This document shows positions 57,878 to 64,000 of a DNA stretch of 64,000 nucleotides, piece by piece. The number at the start of each line of letters is the position of its first letter. Within the stretch, counting starts at the first letter, position 1. This DNA is from Planctomycetota bacterium (GTDB lineage Bacteria; Planctomycetota; B15-G4; JADJEK01), in contig JBGAIQ010000008.1 in assembly GCA_044225365.1 (NCBI GenBank), positions 64,001-128,000 of the forward strand, in the 5' to 3' direction. The notes under the pieces were generated by a model that was not told the DNA's origin, searched no databases, and was given only the letters and a program-made list of their open reading frames with translations. Position numbers and translations under genes: made by a program.

Positions 57878-59248
57878 ATGCAAGAGAACTCCGCGCCCTA
57901 TCTGGTTTCGTTCCAGGATCAGACGACCGTGCATCCGGTCGGACTGCTGGCGCTCGTCGTTTGCTGCGCGTCGATCCTGTTCCTGCCGCGGCGGACCGCC
58001 ATCGTTCCGATCCTCGTCCTCCTGTGCTTCATCCCGAGCGCACAGCGCGTCGTGATCCTCGGACTCGACTTCACGTTCACCCGCATCGCCATCGTCGCCG
58101 GGTTCATGCGGATCCTCATGAAGAGCGAGTACGGCAAGCTGCGCTGGCGGGCACCGGACACGATCCTCGTCGTGTGGGCGATCGTCGAGTCGATCGCGTA
58201 CGTCTCCCTGCATGGCGACTTCTCGTCGTTCATCTTCATCTCCGGTCAGATGTTCGACGCGCTCGGAAGCTACTTCCTGTTCCGCACTCTCGTCCGCGGC
58301 CTGCCCGATGTCATGCTCGTCGCCCGAGCGTTCGCGCTGCTCGCGATCCCGGTCGCCCTGCTCTTCCTCATCGAGAAGGCCACGGGTCGTAATCTGTTCG
58401 GGATCTTCGGCGGCGTGCCGTTCCTGACGATGGTTCGCGAAGGCCGCCTCCGATGCCAAGGTGCATTCCCCCATCCGATCCTCGCCGGTACGTTCTGGGC
58501 GAGCGTCCTGCCCCTCATCGGCGCGCTCTACTTCTCGAAACGCACGCGGCGCCTCGCGCTCGTGGGGACGGCGAGCGGTCTCCTCATCATCTTCCTGTGC
58601 GCGTCGTCGACGCCCATCGGCACGACCGCGCTCGCCGTGTTCGGGGCCTGCATCGTGCCCTGGAGACGCTTCCTGCCGTTGATGCGCGTCGGCGCAGTCG
58701 TGATGCTGTGCGGTCTCCACGCCGTGATGAAGCAGCCTGTCTGGCATCTCCTCTCGCGCATCGATCTCACGGGCGGATCCGATGGCTACCATCGATTCCT
58801 GCTCGTCGATCGCGCGATCGCGTTCTTCTCGGAGTGGGCTGCGAACGGCACCCTCGACACCGCCCACTGGGGTTGGGGCCTCGAGGACGTGACCAATCAG
58901 TACGTATTGGAAGGCGTCCGCGGCGGCGCGCTGACCCTCGCACTCTTCATCACGATGCTCGTCATGTGTTTCTCGCGGGTCGGAAGGACATCGCGCGCGC
59001 TGGTCGGTGACAAGCCCGCCTTCGCGATGGCCTGGGCCCTCGGACTCGCGCTCATGGTCCACGCCGCGAATTTCGTCGCCGTCTCCTACTTCGGTCAGGT
59101 CACCGTGGGCTGGTACCTGACGCTCGCGCTCATCGTGAGTCTGCACCAGAGCCTCTCGACGCATCGAGCGGCGATCCCCACTGCGATGCCGAGGCCCACG
59201 ACCGAACCGTTGCCGCGCGCACCGGCCGGAGGTCGGCTTGCACACTGA
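57878..59248 (+). CDS. Wzy polymerase / O-antigen ligase-like membrane protein
   Basis: About 11 TMs; RCQGAFPHPILAG, DVTNQYV...GG; EPS context. Confidence 0.72.
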   Translation: MQENSAPYLVSFQDQTTVHPVGLLALVVCCASILFLPRRTAIVPILVLLCFIPSAQRVVILGLDFTFTRIAIVAGFMRILMKSEYGKLRWRAPDTILVVWAIVESIAYVSLHGDFSSFIFISGQMFDALGSYFLFRTLVRGLPDVMLVARAFALLAIPVALLFLIEKATGRNLFGIFGGVPFLTMVREGRLRCQGAFPHPILAGTFWASVLPLIGALYFSKRTRRLALVGTASGLLIIFLCASSTPIGTTALAVFGACIVPWRRFLPLMRVGAVVMLCGLHAVMKQPVWHLLSRIDLTGGSDGYHRFLLVDRAIAFFSEWAANGTLDTAHWGWGLEDVTNQYVLEGVRGGALTLALFITMLVMCFSRVGRTSRALVGDKPAFAMAWALGLALMVHAANFVAVSYFGQVTVGWYLTLALIVSLHQSLSTHRAAIPTAMPRPTTEPLPRAPAGGRLAH

Positions 59249-60239
59249 GCCGCCGGCCGCGGAATCGGGGAGGACCGCCGTTGCGTTGTCGATCCTCGTC
59301 ATCAGTTACAACACTCGCGATCTCACCATCGAGTGCCTCCGGTCGGTCTACGCCGAGACGAGAGCGACTGCATTCGAGGTGATCTGCGTCGACAACGACT
59401 CGCGCGATGGATCCGCAGCTGCGATCCGCAACGAATTCCCGGACGTTCATCTCCTCGCACTTTCGCACAACGAAGGCTTCGCCGCGGCGAACAACCGGGC
59501 AGCGCGCGTCGCCCGTGGCGAGTGGCTCCTCCTGCTCAATCCCGACACCCTCGTCCTCGATCGCGCGATCGATCGGCTCGTCGCGTTCGCCGAGGCGAAT
59601 CCCGGTCATTCGATCTTCGGGGGCCGGACGCTGTTCGGAGATCGGACCCTCGATCCCACGTCCTGCTGGGCGCGACCGACGCCATGGAGCCTGTTCTGTC
59701 GCGGCACCGGACTCGCATCGGTATTCCGCCACACTCGATGGTTCGATCCCGAGTCCTACGGTGGATGGAAGCGCGATTCCGTTCGCGAGGTCGACATCGT
59801 CACGGGCTGCTTCCTGCTGATCCGTCGCGGGGTTTGGAACGATCTCGACGGATTCGATCCCCAGTTCTTCATGTATGCCGAGGAAGCCGATCTCTGCCTA
59901 CGAGCACGGCACCGCGGACTTCGAGCATTGCTCTGCCCGGATGCGACGATCGTCCACTACGGCGGCCGATCGGAGACGGTCGTCGCGGACAAGACCGTTC
60001 GCCTCCTGCGTGCCCAACATCAGCTACTGCGTCGCCATTGGACGGCATCGTCGTATCGATTCGGCCGCGCGATGTTGACGATGTGGGTCGCGACGCGTCG
60101 CCTCTTCTGGAGCCTCGTTCCCGGCAGCAAGAGCACTCCTCGCGCCGCGATGTACCGCGAGGTCCTCGCCCGTCGCTCGGAGTGGAGCCTGCCACCCGAG
60201 ATGCCGGGCACTGCGCTCACGGAACCGGTGAAGCGATGA
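59238..60239 (+). CDS. GT2 glycosyltransferase
   Basis: VISYNT, VDNDSRDGS, NEGFAAANN, LLNPDT, GFDPQFFMYAEEADLC. Confidence 0.92.
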   Translation: MHTEPPAAESGRTAVALSILVISYNTRDLTIECLRSVYAETRATAFEVICVDNDSRDGSAAAIRNEFPDVHLLALSHNEGFAAANNRAARVARGEWLLLLNPDTLVLDRAIDRLVAFAEANPGHSIFGGRTLFGDRTLDPTSCWARPTPWSLFCRGTGLASVFRHTRWFDPESYGGWKRDSVREVDIVTGCFLLIRRGVWNDLDGFDPQFFMYAEEADLCLRARHRGLRALLCPDATIVHYGGRSETVVADKTVRLLRAQHQLLRRHWTASSYRFGRAMLTMWVATRRLFWSLVPGSKSTPRAAMYREVLARRSEWSLPPEMPGTALTEPVKR

Positions 60240-61408
60240 GCGAGGCGCGCACTTTCGACGGCATCCTGTGCTTCGGCGGCCTCGATTGGTGGTACCACAA
60301 TCGCGGCCATTTCGACATGCAGATGATGCGCGAACTCAGTGCGCACGTTCCCGTCGTGTACATCAACTCGATCGCGATGCGGATCCCGAAGGTGACCGAA
60401 GGCGCGATGTTCTTGAAGCGGATCCAGCGCAAGTGGAAGAGCCTACGTCGCGGTCTCGTCCGCATCGACGATCGATTCGCGGTGTTCACTCCGTTCGCGA
60501 TCCCCGGGCGCGTGGGAACGGCGATGTCGCGGCTCGTCGTTCCGCATCAGGTGAAGCGCGCCGGCAAGGCTCTCGGGATGCAGCGCCCGCTCGTCTGGGT
60601 CGCGGTGCCGCCGGCCGCGCGATTCCTCGATGCTCTGAAACCGAACGGGCTGATCTACCAGCGCACGGATCGGTTCGAGGCCTTCTCCGGCGTCGATCGA
60701 CCCTTCATCGAATCGTGCGACCGCACATTGAAGACGCGGGCCGACATCACGATCTTCTGTGCACACGAATTGCTCGATACCGAAGAGGCGCAATGTCGGA
60801 AAGCCGTCTTCGTGGATCACGGCGTCGACTACGAGAGATTCGCACGCGCTGGCGACACGGACGCGGCGTTGCCGCCCGACATGGCTTCGATCCCCTACCC
60901 ACGCGTCGGGTTCGTCGGCGGAATCGACTCGCACACCTTCGACCCTCCGTTGTTCCTCGAGGTCGCGAGGCGATTGCCGGACGTGCAGTTCTTCCTCGTC
61001 GGTGCCTGCTCGCTTCCCGAGAATTGGTGCCCACTCCCGAACGTGCGGCTCCTCGGACAACGCCCCTTCGAACAGGTCGCCGCGTACATGGCCGCAGCCG
61101 ACGTGCTGATCATGCCGTGGAACAAGAGCGAGTGGATCCGCGCCTGCAATCCGGTGAAGCTGAAGGAGTACCTCGCGGTCGGCCGCCCGATCGTGACCTC
61201 TCCATTCCGCGAACTCGAGAACTACGAGGGGCTCGTCCACATCGCGACGGATGCGCCATCGTTCGCCGCAGGGATCGAGCAGTGCCTTGGAGAACCCTTC
61301 GATCGCAGGCCCGGTCGACGCCGCGTCCAGGGCGAGACCTGGACGGCGAAGGCGACCGACGTGTTGTCCGCCCTCGAACGTGCCGGCTGGCGCGCGGCGC
61401 CGCACTGA
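60236..61408 (+). CDS. GT-B (GT4/TuaH-like) glycosyltransferase
   Basis: HGVDYERF, VGFVGGI, NVRLLG, NPVKLKEYLAVGRPIV; ATG overlaps the upstream stop. Confidence 0.88.
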   Translation: MSEARTFDGILCFGGLDWWYHNRGHFDMQMMRELSAHVPVVYINSIAMRIPKVTEGAMFLKRIQRKWKSLRRGLVRIDDRFAVFTPFAIPGRVGTAMSRLVVPHQVKRAGKALGMQRPLVWVAVPPAARFLDALKPNGLIYQRTDRFEAFSGVDRPFIESCDRTLKTRADITIFCAHELLDTEEAQCRKAVFVDHGVDYERFARAGDTDAALPPDMASIPYPRVGFVGGIDSHTFDPPLFLEVARRLPDVQFFLVGACSLPENWCPLPNVRLLGQRPFEQVAAYMAAADVLIMPWNKSEWIRACNPVKLKEYLAVGRPIVTSPFRELENYEGLVHIATDAPSFAAGIEQCLGEPFDRRPGRRRVQGETWTAKATDVLSALERAGWRAAPH

Positions 61409-61410
61409 GA

Positions 61411-62097
61411 TCAAACGATCTCGCCGAGTGTCCTCAACGTGATCCGCTCCCGTGCCGCAGCGGCGATGAGCTGCGTCGTCAACTCGATCACGAATCCGCG
61501 GCCCTTCGATTCCGGCGAGTGCATGTCGTGCATGAGAACGACACCGCCCCCTCGCTTCACGAATTCGGCGACGATCCCGGCCACGTTCGGGGGTGCGTCG
61601 TGCGTATCGCCCGAGTCCAGCGTCCACCATCCGAGGCGAACGCCACGCAACCGCGCGGCGAGCCAGGTGAAGATCGTGATCTTGCCGTAGGGTGGCCGGA
61701 ACAGCGGCCGCGCCGGAAGCCGTCCCTGGAGCGCGCGGAGGCCATCGCGGAGGTCGAGGAGGGAGGTCCACGGCATCGATCGCCAGGGATGCACGTGCCG
61801 CGCCGAGTGGGAACCGATCTCGTGTCCCGCGCGGGCGACGGCTTCGACCACGTCCGGCAACGGATTCGCGCGCGTGCCGGTCATGAAGAACGTCGCACGC
61901 GCGCCGCCCGAACGCAGGACCGCCAAGAGCTCCAAGGTGAGATCCGACGTCGGACCGTCGTCGTAGGTGAGCACGAGGACTCGACGTTCACGACATTGTC
62001 GATCGAGGACCGAGCGGGCGCGCAACTTCACGCAGTGAGGTACCACGTAGGTCAAGGCGCCGAACGCACCGACGGCGACCGCAGCGGCGATCAGCAT
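61411..62097 (-). CDS. CE4/NodB polysaccharide deacetylase
   Basis: LTYDDGP, ATFF, HEIGSHSARH, FRPPYG, DSGD, VLMHD. Confidence 0.9.
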   Translation of the reverse strand: MLIAAAVAVGAFGALTYVVPHCVKLRARSVLDRQCRERRVLVLTYDDGPTSDLTLELLAVLRSGGARATFFMTGTRANPLPDVVEAVARAGHEIGSHSARHVHPWRSMPWTSLLDLRDGLRALQGRLPARPLFRPPYGKITIFTWLAARLRGVRLGWWTLDSGDTHDAPPNVAGIVAEFVKRGGGVVLMHDMHSPESKGRGFVIELTTQLIAAAARERITLRTLGEIV

Positions 62098-62588
62098 GGT
62101 CCCTTCGGAAGCGCAGCGAATTCGCGGATCACCGCGAGGAGGCGCGAGGAGGCAACCTTCGAGATCGGTCGCTCGGGATGGATCGAAGCGCTGTCGTCGA
62201 GCTTCGACACGAGTTCCGCGGCGTCCAGAGCGACCGCGACCTGGAATCGCTCGACCAGTCGTTTGGCCGTCGCGACCTGGTGGTCGTTGCGCGTCTCGCG
62301 CAGATCACCGCGCCGCGGCATGATGAGCAGGGGCTTTCCGAGTTCGAGCGCCGTCAGGATGCTGCCCATTCCGGCGTGCGCAACGACGAGCGACGACTCC
62401 TCGACCCGCCTTCGATATTCATCGGGCGATAGGAAGCGCACGAAGGGCACGTAGGTCGGCGGCGACTCGGTGTCCGCGACTTGTGCAAAGACATCCTTGC
62501 GGCCGCGCTCGCGAGCCCAACGGTCTACCGCGCCGACCATGCGATCGAACGGCATCTGCGCACCGACCGTGACCAGGATTCCGCTCAC
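62091..62588 (-). CDS. pssE: PssE/CpsG (Alg13-like, GT28 C-terminal) glycosyltransferase subunit
   Basis: LVTVGAQMPFDR, VAHAGMGSI, MPRR...ETRNDHQ. Confidence 0.85.
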   Translation of the reverse strand: MSGILVTVGAQMPFDRMVGAVDRWARERGRKDVFAQVADTESPPTYVPFVRFLSPDEYRRRVEESSLVVAHAGMGSILTALELGKPLLIMPRRGDLRETRNDHQVATAKRLVERFQVAVALDAAELVSKLDDSASIHPERPISKVASSRLLAVIREFAALPKGPC

Positions 62589-63043
62589 AGGACGGCGCCC
62601 TCGTAGCGCGGGCCATCCGGCCGCGCGAGATGTTCCCACTGCGTGAGCCACAGATCGGCGAAGGGCCGCACGCGTTGCCCCGACATCGACAGCTCCTCGA
62701 CGTTGGCGATGCTATCGACCCAGATCGTCTTCGCGCCGATCCACTTGCCGAAGCGCAATGCGAAATACCCCGGCGCGGCACCCGTGGAGATGACGACCGC
62801 CGGACGTTCCTTCACGAGGATGTAGAGCAGATGGATCGCGAGTGCGATGAGTCGCAGGCGATCCCATCGCGTCGCGTCCGTGATCACATACCGTCGCGCG
62901 CAGCGCACGGGATCCTCGGCGGCGCGGGCGATCGTCGCGATCACCAGTTCGCTTCCTTCGAGGGCCGGCAGCAGCCGCTTGAATTGCACCCAATGCCCGC
63001 CGCCCGAACAGCACGCGAGGATGCGCGTTGAACGATCACTCAT
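62585..63043 (-). CDS. pssD: PssD/Cps14F (Alg14-like) glycosyltransferase subunit
   Basis: SGGGHWVQ, ERPAVVISTGAAPG, WVDSIAN...SMSG, TQW. Confidence 0.87.
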   Translation of the reverse strand: MSDRSTRILACCSGGGHWVQFKRLLPALEGSELVIATIARAAEDPVRCARRYVITDATRWDRLRLIALAIHLLYILVKERPAVVISTGAAPGYFALRFGKWIGAKTIWVDSIANVEELSMSGQRVRPFADLWLTQWEHLARPDGPRYEGAVL

Positions 63044-63172
63044 GGCAGAGGGTGGAATGGGGTCGTAGGTGCATGCGGCGAGGCCCGCGGGCGATCATGG
63101 ATCGAACTCTCGAATCATACAAGACGCTCGCGACGGAGCGCGAAGGCTAGCGACGTACGATCGTCGATCCCT

Positions 63173-64000
63173 TCACCTCGCACGGGCTCCAGAGCAGATT
63201 TCGGCGAATTGAGCCTCGAGAGTCGAGCGCATTCTCGGCAATGCGATGGCGAGCTTTGCGGCCACCTCGTCCCGCTCGGCGAGGCTCGACCGCACCCTCT
63301 CGACGATTCCCTGCGCAGTTTCCGTGCGCGGATCCACGACGCTTGCTCCGACTCCCGCGGTGGCGAATACGCCGCGCGTCTTGTCGCTGTAAGCGAGCCC
63401 GAGGGTGGGCACGGCCGAAGACAGACCCGCGATGCACGAGTGCATGCGCGTACCGCAGAACCAGGAGCACCTCGACACCATCCACTTCGCATGATCGGGA
63501 CGACCCGTGAAGGGCGCGATCAGGACGCGCGACCGTTGCATCGGCGAGAGAGCATCGAACAAGGCGCGGCACGCCAGTGCGTCGTCCTCGGCGGGACGGT
63601 CGTCCGGCACGACGTGCGGCAGCAGCAAGACCCGATGGGATTCATCGCGGAGCAACGCATCGAGCAACGACCGCATGAGCGCTCGATACTCCGATTGGAA
63701 ACCGAACTGCTCCCGCTCGCGGCCCGCGAGTTGGAACAGCAGACCGCTCACGTTCAGTCCGAGGCAGATGCCCCGGCTCGCGAACGCTTCGATCGGTTCG
63801 GCAACCTCCGCGGGCGGAGGAGTCGAGGGCAGGCCGAACGCGACGTCGACGCCGAGCCGGCAGCGCTTCGAATCGAAGTCCGAGCCCAGGAGGTCGCGCA
63901 CGATCTCTAGGCTCTCGGCGTCACGCGCCCACGCCTGCGTCGCGCTCGCGATCAACTCTCTCGCCTCGATCCGCGTGCGCTCCCCGCGGAACGGGCCGTA
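63173..64000 (-). CDS. Polysaccharide pyruvyl transferase (WcaK/CsaB-like), 5' end off window
   Basis: In-frame YGPF at the window edge, ARD..S, DVAF, GLNVSGLL, GTRMHSCIAGLSSAVPT..AYSDK. Confidence 0.88.
   Translation of the reverse strand, partial: YGPFRGERTRIEARELIASATQAWARDAESLEIVRDLLGSDFDSKRCRLGVDVAFGLPSTPPPAEVAEPIEAFASRGICLGLNVSGLLFQLAGREREQFGFQSEYRALMRSLLDALLRDESHRVLLLPHVVPDDRPAEDDALACRALFDALSPMQRSRVLIAPFTGRPDHAKWMVSRCSWFCGTRMHSCIAGLSSAVPTLGLAYSDKTRGVFATAGVGASVVDPRTETAQGIVERVRSSLAERDEVAAKLAIALPRMRSTLEAQFAEICSGARAR

Noticed and set aside
1-64000. tRNA, rRNA, transposase, integrase, prophage or defence genes
   Set aside because: None recognisable in the window.

Overview
High-GC bacterial window, densely coding. 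By inference it comes from a flagellated, diderm Planctomycetota-like organism (DUF3500, PQQ-like propeller, membrane Ser/Thr kinase-TPR, flgH/flgI). Left part: uvrA running off the window; secreted proteins including a kelch propeller and a pentaheme cytochrome c; a GT2 plus ArnT/PMT-like GT-C pair; and a flgFGAHIJNKL operon with a sigma54-like site. Right part (~30-64 kb): a large Wzx/Wzy-type exopolysaccharide region with many tailoring enzymes. Most notable: (1) a shared ~120-aa C-terminal domain on three unrelated secreted proteins, a candidate surface-sorting/anchoring module; (2) a priming phosphoglycosyl transferase fused to a degenerate GGDEF domain with an intact RxxD I-site, a candidate c-di-GMP-gated EPS initiator; (3) a Walker-A-dead BY-pseudokinase; (4) an Arn-like amino-sugar cassette; (5) an FrhB-like Fe-S protein together with a pyruvyltransferase; (6) a 1640-aa metalloprotease/BACON/beta-helix fusion. 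All family calls are motif recognition by eye; no searches were run.
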